Below, one piece after another: positions 38,946-54,398 of a stretch of 64,000 nt of DNA (the stretch's first letter is position 1; each line of letters begins with the position of its first letter). The translations under genes and the position numbers were made by a program. Origin of the DNA: the human T2T-CHM13v2.0 reference genome, Homo sapiens. A model generated the notes under the pieces. It was not told the DNA's origin and did no database searches. It worked only from the letters and a program-made list of their open reading frames with translations. The stretch lies in assembly GCF_009914755.1 (NCBI RefSeq), contig NC_060937.1; one strand, written 5' to 3'.

Positions 38946-40539
38946 TTTTTAAAACCATTCTTACAGCTGAGATAAACTAGATATATGCACATCCAGGTTT
39001 GTACAAAATTGTGAAAGAGTTGAAGTTTCGTTCTGTGAACTTACTATTGCTAAAGGCTCTTTATTATTTTCTGTCCTCCTACCTTATGACCCTCCCATAA
39101 TAGAAAACATTAGTATCATGCATATATTCCTTACACTAATGAGTTACCTCTCTCCAGAAGTTCTTAATTTTAAGCCTTAGGGTATGTGCTCATAAATCAA
39201 TTTCAGATGTAGTAAACAGAAAGTGGGAAACGTTCTTCATTGTTAGTGGAGATTTCTTAACCCTTGAAACTGCATTATGTAGTCTTCACCTAAGGCAAAC
39301 TCTAGAACATTTATGTTTTCAGGTATTATTATAAATATGCATATATTATGTTTTAAATGTATTTATGTCCTTGCTCATTTCCTCAAAAGTCATACATGGT
39401 GCTTACTACAGAGTTGCTGAGTAAATGTCTGATTTCCAGGACACTGGTTGGTTTGCAGAAATTAAATCTGACGAATGCCAGTTGTTTTCTGATTTCTATT
39501 ACTGACAGGATTCTCCAAGTTTTCCCCTCTCTTTCCCGTTTTGAGTTGTTTAGAAAATTCCATTCATTGGCTTCTTCCTTTAGCCCTTTTCTAGGATTTT
39601 AACTGTTATTCAGAGTTGGAGCTGTTATTCTTGGTGGCCTTTGATTGTGAGTCAGAATATTAATAATAATAGTTCTCAAGGTACTTGAAGTACCATTCTA
39701 TTTCTGACTATTTCCCCACCCACCCCGACAGGAAAATAATGGAAGTAACTTCCCTTTGTTTAAAAGATAGTCGCTGAATCTATTAGCTCCAATTTATAAT
39801 TTTAAACAAATGCCAACAAATATCCATTGATAAGGGAGGGGGAGAGTTTCTAGTGTGAACTGAATCAAAAATTTCAGTGGTTATTTACAGATTTCCAGAT
39901 GCTTTTCTGACTATGTCCAAGTCACAGAGTGTTATATGACAGTGGTTAAGACAGCCCACTTTCCAGCCGTGCAGAGTTCCTCTTCTTACGGAGAAAGCCA
40001 TCTCTTCTGCTCCAGTAAAGATTCCTTTCAAATCCACAAATAGACATCTCACACTGACAATGTGTGGAGAAAATGAAGAAAAAAAACACACAAGGTGAAA
40101 GTAGGGGGAAAAGTTTATCTTGAAGCGTACTCAAATTGCAAGTCCCCAGCTTAAATTGATTTGCAGAAAGTGTCCTCTGATCTGTTAACGTTATTTAAAA
40201 AATAATAATAATAATAATTTAAGTAACTGTAGTAACTACTTCTTTTACAACTAACTGGGAACGGAATTGATAAGATTGATTTGGAGAACACAGACTGAGT
40301 GACCAGAAGTAGTAAAATTAAGCCCTTCAAGCTGACTCGATGTTTGGTGCATTTAAGAAGTGCATCTACTGAGACTCGTGGTTGTAAGAGGCTCCATGGA
40401 TGTGGTAAGGCTCTGTGATGATTCCTGAGCCTCCTGCCTTCTTGGTTGGCATATTATCACCTGGCTCTTGGGGTTAGAACTTAACATAAACCTTGGCTGC
40501 TCCTTCCCAGGCCTCTTGGCTGATTTCTTTTCTACAACA

Positions 40540-40782
40540 TTTATTTTTTATTGTATAAATTTAAGGCATACAACATGATATTTTGATATACATATCCATG
40601 GTGAAATGAAGTAAACAAATTAACATGTCCATCACTTTCCATATGTACCTTTTTTTGCATTAGAACACCTAAAATCTACTCTTAGCAAATTTTTAATATA
40701 CAATGTAATATTAACTACAGTCCTTCTGCTGTACCTTAAACCTCTAGACTTATTCATCCTACACAACTTAACCTCTTTGACC
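40540..40782 (-). mobile_element. L1MA 3' end
   Basis: ttgtataaatttaaggcatacaacatgat...aaaatctactcttagcaaattt...tctagacttattcatcct. Confidence 0.88.
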
Positions 40783-41219
40783 TTGTTCTTTGCTATCTAT
40801 AACTGAGAAAATAATATCTACTTTATAATATTGTTTTCACTATCAATTTAGAAAAGCACATAGGAAAGTGCTTAATACATGGTAAACAATGAGTATTAGT
40901 TACTCTTGTACTATGTCTTTTAATAGCTTTGTCACTTATCAGTAATTCACAGCCCTCTTCCCATGATAACATGTCAAGATTTGTCCTAGCTTTTAAGATA
41001 ACTATTATTTTCTATTTAAATAAACCTATCTCATATTCTATTAAACATGCATACGTAGAATGCTGGTATGACACTGAGACCAGCACCATCTTGTTGTAAC
41101 CACTTTGTCTTTTTACTCTGTCTTAATACCAGATAATGCAAGTAATATTTATTCTCTCATGAATTCACATAGCCAAAAACTGTTGCACACTTGCTGTTTG
41201 TTGCAATTGGTTTTCATAC

Positions 41220-41737
41220 TGAGGCAGGAGAATAGGGTCTGGAGACAGAAAGCCTAAGGTCAACCTGCTGCTGACTTCTTAGATTTGGACTGAAAGGAAA
41301 ACCCCACCTCTCCATCCCCAAGTGACAAGGGACCAGAGACACCTCCCTCTACAAAACTCCTTCTATCCTGTGTCAGAAACAGAAAATGCCTCTAATTCAT
41401 CCGCCAGCCGAGCCTTCCCTTCAGCCTCTGATCGGATGCAGGCCAATCCTTCATTCACATAGTGTGTAACCAATAGGAGGTCTCTAAAGGGTACCTCAGG
41501 GTGTTAACAAATTCTTTTAGTTCAACAAAAACCCTAAAGAACATTGCAATCAGGGCTCTTGAGCCGCTTGCTCGGGCCTGCTCCCCCTCTGTGGAGTGTA
41601 CTTTCACTTCAATAAATCTGTGCTTTCGTTGTTCTGCTTTGTTCTTTTGTTGCTTTGTTTGTGCATTTTGTTCAATTCTTTGTTCAACATACCAAGAACC
41701 TGGACAACTCTCAGTCGAGACTTTCCATCTGGTAACA
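41220..41737 (+). mobile_element. ERV1 solo LTR (MER51/LTR54 group)
   Basis: tgaggcaggagaatagggtctggag...CCAAT boxes...gagccgcttgctcgggcc...aataaa...ccaagaacctggaca...ggtaaca; 4-bp TSD atac/atat. Confidence 0.92.
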
Positions 41738-42239
41738 ATATTTCAAATGTATTCAAAGAGGAGAAAAAAAGTTTATGATTGTTTTACCTATTTATTTTTC
41801 CACTGGAAATTTCCAAACAATTTACAATTGTATACAACAGGAATTACATAAAAATTATGAATTTCTATTAGGAATATTGACATTTTACACTATTGCTCAG
41901 AAGCATTCTATATCTCTCCATTCTATATATACTTTCCAATTCATTGCCATAAAGTTATCCAGAAAGAATAAAGTATACACTTCACTCTTTTCAGTCTTCT
42001 CCACATTTCTAGTTATATTCATTTTCTTATCTTAAAATTTTGTAATTGTGTTTAGTTTAGGTTAGTGTTTTGGTCACACTTTCCAGTGGTTTGTCTGTTT
42101 TCATGGCTTATTTTTCAATACATGCTTTTTAATGTTCAGATATTCTAACATATTACCCTTTTCTAATTATTTTGCTCATTAGTGAGTATTTAACCAGTGA
42201 AGGATTGGGTATATATTAATATTTTCTTCAGTTAAAAAC

Positions 42240-42930
42240 AAATTTTAAAAGTCTATTATGAAGAAAATATATGGGAATTAAGTTTCCAGATATTCCAAAC
42301 ATGTGCTGTTTTAAAGAAGTGCTTAAAACAAAATGCCTCAGAAGTTTAAAATAAAAGGAATAATGAAGGTATATTTAAAAAGGTAACAGTACAGAATTTG
42401 ATGCCAAATGCACTAAATAGGCCAAACAGAATAATTATATGTTCATAAAAGCATATATAGTAAAATAAATGTAAACCTGGGTGCAACAAATAGCATGGCA
42501 TTAAAATATATGGAACAACGGAAAGAAAGAAAGAAATGAACAAAACAAAAGATAGGCAAGCTATTTAAATAGAGTACTTTCAGTGTGTAAGAGATTATGG
42601 AGAAAAAAAATTGTATTATTTATCCAAAAATACCCTACTTGAAATCACAAAAGAACCTCAAGAAATTCTACAAGTATATTTTTTTCATACTATACTCTAA
42701 CTACAGTACAAAATACCTAGAAATCAACATTAAATGTGTAATTTTAAAACATATCTGAAGATTTAGAAACCCCTTCTGCAAACTAGTGGGTAAAAAAGGA
42801 AATTAAAATAATTACAAAGTATTTAGAAAATAATACTGTAGTTTATATGAACACAAAGTATATAGAAAAACTCATAATGAGGTAAATTCTTACCCTTAAG
42901 GATTTCATAAAGGAAGAAAGAGGTATAATA
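42240..42930 (+). mobile_element. Degenerate L1M fragment
   Basis: A-rich L1 ORF2-start motifs (cacaaaagaacctcaagaaatt, ctagaaatcaaca, aaagtatttagaa). Confidence 0.5.
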
Positions 42931-43281
42931 AATTAAATATGCCTTTGTGCTGAACTAGGCAATCTTCAAAATGTCTGCCATACTCATACCCTTTTGTGAG
43001 GTTAACTACCTGCTCATAGGCCCTACTGCCCACAGTGAGGCTCTGTACCCTATAACCTCCTTCCAGAGATGGCTAATTAAATGGACCAGGAGTCAGCTTG
43101 TTATCTAAGACCTACTCATTCTTAGGCTGGACAGTGACCAACAGGAATATAATATGAAAAGATGAACAGGGCCAATGAAAATCTTCTTCAGGTATCTAAG
43201 CATCCCAAGATGCAAAACACTTCTGCTATTCTGGCCACTGGTTGATGTGGTCTCTGAATGGATTAAGAAAGAGAAAAGCTG

Positions 43282-43571
<290 letters not shown>

Positions 43572-43598
43572 AAGAAAGAGAAAAGCTGTTGGTCCTAT

Positions 43599-44032
43599 TG
43601 ATGCAGGATTTTTTACTCCTTAGTTCAGCTAAAACCGGGTTCTAGTCTCACGACCAGAAAAAATTAGGCACGGGGACACATTGAAGGGTGAGGAGAACGG
43701 ATTTATTAAGCATAAAAGAAAGCTCTCGGCAAAGAAAGAGGGGGTCCTACTAACAGGGTCCCACCTCACAGATTGAATACCAGGCCACTGCTCACGAGCT
43801 GAAGAGGCCAGGCTCCTCCCCCTGAATAAGGCACGAATTCCTGATGGCTCCACCCCATTCCCCCAGTGCCTGTGGGCCTCCAGGCAGTTGCAGGCATGCC
43901 CAGACAAGACCCTATGCAGATTCCCTCTTCTGAACAAAAACATCTGGCATAAATACTTATAGAGCAGGTTGGAGATTCTCCAGGGACCCTTCCTTATCTG
44001 CCTAGGCATTTGTCTGCCTCTTGCCTCTATCA
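43599..44032 (-). mobile_element. MER61 ERV1 solo LTR
   Basis: tgatgcaggattttt...ccttagttcagctaa...cccacctcacagattgaataccaggcc...ccttatctgcctaggcatttgtctgcctc..ctctatca; perfect 4-bp TSD ctat. Confidence 0.92.
43892..43911. promoter_or_regulatory. Putative p53 response element inside MER61
   Basis: AGGCATGCCC AGACAAGACC is two RRRCWWGYYY half-sites with zero spacer, 19/20 match. Confidence 0.7.
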
Positions 44033-45044
44033 CTATGTGTTGAGAGATAAGTGAAGAGAAATTAGAAACACAGGTTCTCCTGCTGCTGTCTTGCTCAGAA
44101 AAATTGATCCTAAGCAGTTATATGATAGCTATTTTCAACTCAGTGTTTCTATCAGTCACCATTTCTAATAGTTAGCAGAAAATTATGAGATGCCAAAGTC
44201 CTTTCCTATCTCAATACTGACCACTCATATGTTTCCTATTCAGAGAGTAAAACACATGCCATATTATCTAAGAATCTTAATATATGCCTCCCAAAGATAT
44301 GCTGTTAATGCAAGTTCTGGCCCATGGAAGGAAAAAGGCTTCACAGAGGGCCTTCCCCGATCTTTAACTTGAAGTGCCATTGCTAGTTTCTGCGTTTATC
44401 TGTTTTCAACAGTACTTAGTGGAAGTTTGGAAAAAAGCATACCAAGCTACTCCACTAAAATATAAATTACTTACTTATTACTTTTTATTTCATTTATTTT
44501 CTTATTTATACAAATGCACATAATACAAAAGGAATAAAATCAAAACTTGATGACAAAATAGATGCACAAAACATAAACAAGGGGAGATGAATAGTAGAAA
44601 ATGTATACTGTCCAGTTCTGCACAGTTGCTAAAGGTAAGCTGAAGGTTTGTTTGACCAAACAAAGAGGGAAATAAAATCAGTGTAAAATGTGTAATGTTT
44701 TCAAGCGATAAAATTTTTATTTGGGAGAATCTATGTTTTGCCTTATATCGACACATTTCCTAATATTCATATGTGAGAAAACACTTTCAGGTAACCTTCC
44801 CCTAGCTACAGGAGAAACACTGTATAGTATCAATGAATGGCAGGTTGAAAGAGCCTTGAGTCAAAATAACGAGCATTTTATTCTTTAACTTCCTTCTATT
44901 TACATCAGTGGCACAACTGAAAGAGCAGTTCGATAGAAACGAGTCTAAAAGGGAAGAAAAAAATAAACACATTTTAACATCTCAGAAAGGTCATTTACAT
45001 TGACAAGATTTCAGTTTCTTAAGTTTAAATTGGAAATTAGTATT

Positions 45045-45500
45045 GTATCAATTCGCTTCAGTGGTAGTAATGACTTGAGCACATAAAGGGTAATTAATTG
45101 GCTTATGGAACCAAACTGCAGGTGGGGTCTTTCTCCATAGTTTATCTGTCTCTCTCTGCATGTAGATTTTATTCTCTGAAAGAGGCTTATGCCGCCCTGT
45201 TGGGGACATGACTGTCAACAGCTCTAAAATTACTTCATATCCACTTACTGACCTGCCCACCATGCTCACATTTGATATTACAAAATAAAATTCCAAGGAA
45301 GGATTTTGATTGGGTTGGGCCACACGATCAATCCCTAATAATTGCTAAACCATGACCAGTCCTTGACAATTGCTAAGCCAGAGAGTATGGGTCATCAAAA
45401 AATATTGGATCTTGTGAACCAGAGATGGAAAAAGAAACCAATTCTCCAATAGAAAGGATGGGATTAGCAAAGACATGGCCATTGGAAAAATCAGTGTAAG
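45045..45500 (-). mobile_element. Old MaLR LTR (MLT1J/K/L-like)
   Basis: tctgtctctctctgcatgtagattttattctc...caacagctc...caaggaaggattttgattggg. Confidence 0.55.
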
Positions 45501-46620
45501 CTCTATAGCCAATTTAATTGGTGCCTAATAATGAAACATATTTCATAAGTTATGAGAATTAAATGTAGGAATGTGCTGTGTAAATAGTAAAATGAAATAC
45601 AAAAGGCAAACCACTATCTCTTTCAATATGACTACTATTCCTGAATTTAAAAAAAAAAAGCTCAGAAAAATATTTCAAAGAAGAGAAGTTTTTTTGTTGT
45701 TGTTGTTCAAGAAGAAACAAAACTGCTTTTTCTACAATCCCTTGTGACTCGACAGCAAATTACCAGCTGTTAAAAGTCTGAAAATCAAGAACCTCCAGGA
45801 ATGTGCTCCGGCCCACCAGGCAGGTGATTACTCAGCAGCAACTCTACTCCTAGACCAGACCACTGTCTTACTTGCAGTCCTCCCCAAAGTCTATTAATGG
45901 TGTGAAAGTAATACCAATGACATCACATGGTTAGACTCTTACTAACAAAATATTTGTATGTGTATGAGTTAGTATCCTTTGTTAATTAAATCTGTCTTTG
46001 AAAATAGTTTCCTAAGAATTCTAGGAAGAGACTGGGTTATTACCCTCCCATTTCCATGTAGCAATTTTCTCAAGGGTGCTGTGAAAGAGGAAATGTGCCA
46101 GTAAAAGTAATTTTCTAAACAATGCTCTGAGGACATCAAGGCAAGGGTGTACTTAACAAAACTGTGCCATGCCCTATAATGTAAAGCCAAAATTTTGGCC
46201 TATTTAAAGATAGTTTAATTTAAAAAAATAAAGAGCTATAGTCTTATGGAGTGCAGAAAAACACATTGAAATGTCCCTCTCTCCCCTTTGCCAACAAAAG
46301 AGCTCCAGCCTGATCGAACAATTATATTTGAAAACAGACTATTTTTTAAACTGGAGCTTTCATCTTAGTTTATCTAATGATGAAAAGTGGTATGCACAAG
46401 TAACCACAATTTGTATGCAGAAGATAAAGTCTTTTTGTAAATTACACCTATAAAATATTCTAGTTCCTTTTTTTTTCCTTTATCTTTTGGAGCAAATCAA
46501 TTACCAAGACCAGACTTGCATTTAAGCAAATACAATTAGCATATATACAATTGACCTTGAACAACATGGGTTTAAACTGCTCTGGTCCATTTATTTATAT
46601 GCATATTTTTCAATAAAAGC

Positions 46621-47203
<583 letters not shown>

Positions 47204-48200
47204 TATTTTTTTAATTAAAAATAATTACAGGGACTCTGCCTGCCTCTCCTGCTTTCCCTTCTACCTCCCCCATGTCTTTTGCTTCTACCATTCCTGAAAC
47301 AAACAGCAAGATCAACCTCTCCTCTTCCTTCACGTACACAGCCTACTCAACTTGAAGACAGATAATGAAGATGAGGAGCTTTATGGTGATCCACATGATC
47401 CACTTCCACTGGATGAACAGTAAATATATGTTCTCTTCCTTATGATTTTTGTTAATAACATTTTCTTTTCTCTACATTATAAGAATACCATATACAGCAC
47501 ATATACAAAATATGTGTTAATTGTCTGTTTGTATTATCAGTAAGGCTTCTGATCGACAGTAGACCATTAGTGGTTAAGTTTTGGGGGAGTCAAAAATTAG
47601 CTGTGAATTTTTGACTGCATGACACCCCTGGGCCACTGTGTTGTTCAAGAGTCAACTGTGCCATTTATATGACAGTAGCAGAGACTCCCACCCTGGAGTG
47701 ACTTGAAAGCAAAAGCCTTTGCCAGATTTAGGAGAAAAGTATCTATTTCACTTGTCCCTTAGGTTTAGTCTTTAGTTTTCAATGATTAATGGAATTTTTA
47801 TAGAAAAGAAGAAGGAGAATATTATTTACAGTTGAGGAAATTCCATGTGTAATGGCACAGAAACTTGAGAAGGCGTATTAACACCAGGAATCCAGATGAA
47901 AATAGTAATTCTAAGAGTTCTTTATTGATAAAATGATGCCCAGGAATGACCCCTTAAGATGCCCAGCATGCCACAGCCCTCATCATGGGCTGTTCTGGGA
48001 GCAATGGTTGTAAACTGGCACCAAAGCAGAGCAATTAGTAACCCCTGGTGGAAATAGTGCCTGCTGAAGAACTAGCATAATTTGAGCCAACTTTTGCTTT
48101 CCTGTGAGGACTAGCAAAGTTCAAGACTGAACCTCATGTTCATTAAACTGGACAACTTGCTGCTGCCTATTGATAAATGTGCCATAACCTACATGGTCAT

Positions 48201-48640
48201 TATCTTAGTCTATTTTCTGTTGCTTATGGCAGAACACCTAAAACACGGTAATTTATTAAGAAAGGAATTTGTTTTTTACAATGTGGAGGCTGAGAAGTCC
48301 AAGGTCAAGGGATCACACCTGGCAAGAGCTTTCTTGCTGGTGGGGGCTTTCTTGCTGGTGGGGACTTCCTGAAGTGTCCTGAGGCAGTGCAGGGTATCAC
48401 ATGGTGAGGAAGCTTAGCATGCTAACGAGCCCATTTCAGATCTCTCTTCTTATTAAGCTACCAGCTTCACTGTCTACATAATCTATTGGTCTATTAATCC
48501 ATGCATGGGATTAATGCATTCATAAGGGCAGAACCCTCATGATTCAATTACCTCTTAAAGGCCCTACTTCTCAATACTGTCACATTGGGGATTACATTTT
48601 AACATGAATTTTGGAGGAGACAAACATTCAAACCATAGCA
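48201..48640 (-). mobile_element. MaLR solo LTR (MSTB/MSTC-like)
   Basis: tcttagtctattttctgttgct...ggaggctgagaagtccaaggtc...tacctcttaaaggcc...cattcaaaccatagca; internal duplication of gctttcttgctggtgggg. Confidence 0.9.
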
Positions 48641-49570
48641 CTCACAAAATCACATTCATCGGTATGAAGAAAGTTCTGAATTTCTAGCCAAAATTGTTTA
48701 CAGTTGTATCTTTAAAGATTAAACTTAAAAGTTACTGGGTATTTTTTTTTTCCTTTTGTAGTTAGCACCATGAAACAGAAATGCTTGCTGAGTTAAAGGT
48801 ACTGTATGTAACTTCATCCCATTAGTCATTTTAGCACCTTGCTCATCTGATGTTGGCATGGGATTCTGCTCTTCTTCCTCTTCCTCCTTCATCTGCTCCA
48901 GAATTTCAGCCAACAACCAAAGCACACTTTGGTTCTTGGCAACTCTAAGGCCCAGATGCTGAATAATTTTCAACAGTTAACTCATTACTAATTTTATTCT
49001 AATGTCAACACTTTTGAAGAAGTCTATGACAGTGAGACTTATTCATAGGATGTGATTGTCTCACTAAATTCAAATAGTTGCACCAGAAGAAACAATGTAA
49101 GGAATTTCCATCACCCTATTATGTATATATAGTAAAATTCCAACCCAGTCATTTTATTGCAAATAGGTGATTATTTCTGAAGCATGTGTGCCATGAGTAC
49201 TCATATTATGCTTTCCTTCTTTGAGGAAATAAAATACTCTTTTTCTAGAACTAAAACTTCTTCAGAAGTACAACAGAAAGGCACTCATCTTTTGAGGTTA
49301 GTTTCCTCAATTGTTTATTTTCCTAACAGGGCTTATGATGCTACCTTGAATGATTAAAATGTTCTATACATCCATAATACCTTCACTTAAAGGACACTGA
49401 ATTACAAGCAAATCATGTCCTGATAACAACCTCCAGAGGCAGAGTTGTATAAATAAATAATTACCACCTCTGAAAGCCAAGCTGAAGTAAAGAGAATTAG
49501 ACTAGTGCTACACATTAAATTGGAGGACTCTTTTCATAATTATTGGAATTAAGATATTTTACCTAATAAC

Positions 49571-49738
49571 CAGGATGACAAATATCCTGGTAACTGCTGG
49601 TAATTCAATGCAGCTTCTTTCCCTTTGGTTTCTGGATGCAGCCTCAGAACCCTCTGCAGCACAGCTCCCTGGGCACCTGGGCAGCCCTAGCAAGCTACTG
49701 AAGCTGGCGCAGTAACTAAAACCCATTTGCTATCCCTG
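49571..49738 (-). mobile_element. hAT-Charlie MER102-like MITE
   Basis: TIR-like ends caggatgacaaata and atttgctatccctg; internal gcctcagaaccctc..cagcacagc..ggcagcc. Confidence 0.55.
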
Positions 49739-50309
49739 CCCTGCAGTGTTCACCTCCAGAAAGAAGGATAATGCCAGTTCTTTCAGTTCTTCAGACAGTT
49801 GGCTGTGATCAAGCACTAGATGACATGTTTATTGATTAACTCTTATCCATAATGTTTATTTTTAATTGATTTGAGGGATCTGAAAACAGTTCAATTGTTG
49901 TAACTGTCAGATACAACATAAGTAATTTATGCCTCTGTGACTAAAATCAAAATAGGCTCAAGTACTCTCTTCTTCTGTTTTGACTTAAAACATTTAGTAC
50001 CTTTGATGATTTCAATTGTGAGATTTAGGGGTCTCTTTCTAGTTACTCCTTTCTTTCTCTTTTATCATGGTCAACGTCCTTGAAATAATAGGGTGTTTTA
50101 AACAGGTCACTGGATGAATTCTACAAATACATGATTATGTATTTGGTTAGTTCCCTTAGTTGCATGGTACATCAGAGTAGACTCTGCCTCCCTCTTCCAT
50201 GCTTAGCTCAGTTTAGTGAAATCAGTAGTTTTAATGATAGGGCTGTGAGTGAATAACTCCATACAGCTATCGCTTTAAAATCTTGGACTGCAGTATTATG
50301 AATCAGGAC

Positions 50310-50525
50310 ACAGTCTTATGGACCAGAGTACTTGGATCTGAATTGAGTCTTTGCTACTTAACAGCTGCATAAGGTTGGGCAAGTCACCTGACCTTTCTGT
50401 GTTAAATGGGGATAATAGCAATACTTATCTTGTGGGTTGTTCGGAGAATAACCTGTAATAATATGTATAACAGGCTTCAAAGTGCCTGGCACACAGAAAG
50501 CACTATATGAGGACTAGCTATCATT
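50310..50525 (+). mobile_element. MIR SINE
   Basis: ttgctacttaacagctg...ttgggcaagtcac...aaatggggataatagcaatactt...gtgcctggcacacag. Confidence 0.85.
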
Positions 50526-53127
50526 AGTCTGTACCTAGAAGCTGCCTAAGTACAACTATTTCGCTAGGAAAACACTGATCCTAAGGAAGAGCTGAACACA
50601 ATAAGAACGTGAAAACTGAGTAGAATAAATCCACCCTACTTCCAAAACAATGAAATAACCTATTTAGTGATGGCGAGTTGAAACATTGCCATTGTTTGAA
50701 AAAAAATTGCACATCTATGTTCATATTTGATGAAGACTGAATTTGACATTAATATTTGGGAACATGTATCTTCACAGGAATTTATTGTAAACAATTTTAG
50801 CTTTTAAATCTGGTGGTAAAAAAGTTGATATTTTCCTCTTTTTAAAATGCATCATTTGGCATGTATGGAAATTACTATATATTAGCTTCACCTTTGTATA
50901 TGTCCCAGTAGGTCATGGTTCTTTCAATGTAATATTCATCACATTTTTGTAAGTAAATTGTTTTCCATTTAACTTTTCAGTAAACTGAACAGTTACTGAA
51001 GTTTGTTACGGAAATTTGAGTCTGAATTTCTGATTTATGTAGCCAAGCCTCTTTTGAACACAAATTACTCTATAGTTCAAAGGAAATGCATTCTTTTAAA
51101 AAAAGAACAACATCAAGTCAGCAGGTGAAGTAATGCTATCTTTTTGAAATAAACATAACCTACAACTAAAAGAAGCATTAACATTATAATACCTGAATAA
51201 AGACATATATGCCATCCAGTCAACATTTATGAAAACTGGTTCACTACACAACTAGTTATAATTCTGTGGGAGAATTAGTGACCCTGTTTGATTTTCAAAA
51301 TAGCCCTTGACCTAAATTCACTTTTTTAAACTACACGGTTTGAAAATGGGGCATTGTGAAGAAAAAGAGTTAGCATTAGAACTGCTCTCTGAAGGAAAAA
51401 TGAACCACCAAAATAGTGGTATTTTTTCCATGTGAACCAATTCTTCAAAATCTAAGGTGTTTCTTGAATACCACATTTACCAGTTAAAATGAGCTCCATT
51501 TATTTTGAGAAATGTCAAACTTAAAACACACAAACATATTTTTTTTTTTGTTCTGGCCGTCTAAGATATAAATGGATGGACAAATAGATAATTTAAAAAC
51601 AGGCTATAATACTATAATATGGGGATTAAATTTAGTTTGCGTTATTTGAATTCTTCTAGACACAAAGTTTTTATGCACAATTAGAAATATTTACATTGTC
51701 CTAATTAACATGCAATTTGGCTTCATGAATCTTCTGAGAGACTACTGGGAGAAAATTACAAATCTGGGGTTTTAATTTCAAGATCCTTTTTAAGTAATAA
51801 GAAATTAATGTTCATTTATATTACCTTATTAAATCAGTCATCAATATGATTATCCCATAATTTCTCTGAATTAAAAATCTTTAAAAGCAGATGGTCTTTA
51901 TCAGAAATAGAGGTAGTTTTTAGTTATACAATCTATTAGTTATGCAAAAATACATGTATTTCCATTGAACAGAAATATATTATATAAAAGCAAAAAATCT
52001 TAATTCCAGTGGGGCATTTTTTGATTTGTGGGCTTATACTTAATGGGTTAATTTAATTTGAGACTTTTCCAGTAACACATTAAAGGAAATTTGGGTTCAC
52101 TCATTTGACAGCCACTATTAAGGTTATTGTTTTCAAGTTTGAGGTAGGAAAACAGTCTAGGAGGACAACCAATTATTTTCAAAATAAAAGTGCCTCATTA
52201 AGTAATTATAAGAAAAGAATTAAGTACAAAGTAGATTTTTACAAACATCTATGTAAAGAAAAACACCAAATACTTAGGGAATTCTGACAAACCAAAAAGT
52301 CAAATCACTGATAAACTGCTGTTAGAATTTTCATACTTAAAATTAAGTTTCAAAGGTTTTGTATTTATTCCAATTTGGGTAAAATAAGGTAATTCTTTCA
52401 CTGCAGTCTTAAAGTGAATTAACTGACAAATTCCTGGTCATAGCCAAGTGTCTTTGTCCTTATTTTTCAAAACCTAGAGTTAATTGGGTGCCTTTTTCCC
52501 TGCAAACCTATCCTACACCAGAACATTTACGTGGAAGCCAGCTTCTTCCAATTTGACTTCCTCTTCGAGTCCTGTCAAATCACACTGTTGCTAAGATGCA
52601 ACTATTTTTGTTATATCATGCTCAACAACTTGTCTTCTTTCCTACCTTGCCCAGTCTTTTTAGATTGTATTAAGTCAGACCATTAAACATTTAAAATATC
52701 AAAAGTTCTGCCCATGCTAGCTCACTACTCCTGACTTGGATTTATTGGGTCTTAATATAAATAATATCTGCAAAAACAATGCTACATTCTAAGAACTCAA
52801 AAAAATTCTCCAGGGTCCTCATCTCTTTCTCTTCAAAAGCCCCCTGTGCTAAATGACAATCTTTGTTTCTCTGCTTGCTTGATTCTCTATCCACCTGTAC
52901 ATCCTTCTGTCTCTACTCTCCCTCATTCCTGCTTCCATAGGTACCTCATATTACCAATTTCTGAGTTTAGGGGATAGAGGGAGAATGGGCAATGGAATTC
53001 AAATTGTTTCTTGACCTTCATCATAGTGAACTTGGAAGTCAGTTTTCTTGGTATTGCTGAATCAACGAATGCTTCTGAGGGGCTTTCCGGCTTCACATAT
53101 TTCTGCTGTATTTTTCTCCTCTCCCAT

Positions 53128-53922
<795 letters not shown>

Positions 53923-54095
53923 CTCATCCTTATTTGTTTACGCTTTTTTAAAAAAGGAAACCAATTTTTTACTCCAGGTCAAGTTTAGTTTCAGGAGAAA
54001 GCAAGAGCCTTATATGACCCAGAAATTTTATATGACCTCTTGATGATTTGGTTGAATAATAACAGTGCTCTCGGGAACTCTGAGCTCATGATAAA

Positions 54096-54398
54096 ATTTT
54101 TTTTTTTTTTTTTTTTTGAGGCAGAGTCTCACGCTGTTGCCCTGGCTGGAGTGCAGTGGCATGAACTTGGCTCACTGCAACCTCTGCCTCCTGAGCTCAA
54201 GTGATCCTCCCACCTCACCCTCCCAAGTAGCTGGGACTATAGGCATGTACCACCACACCTGGCTAATTTTGCAATCTTTGTAGAGATGGGGTTTTGCCAT
54301 GTTGCTCAGGCTTGTCTTGAACTCCTGAGCTCAAGCAATTCACCTGCCTCAACCTCCCAAATTGCTGGGATTACAGGTGTGAGCCACTATGCCCAGCC
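54096..54398 (-). mobile_element. AluJ (Jb-like)
   Basis: gctcaagtgatcctcccacctca, ctcctgagctcaagc. Confidence 0.95.
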
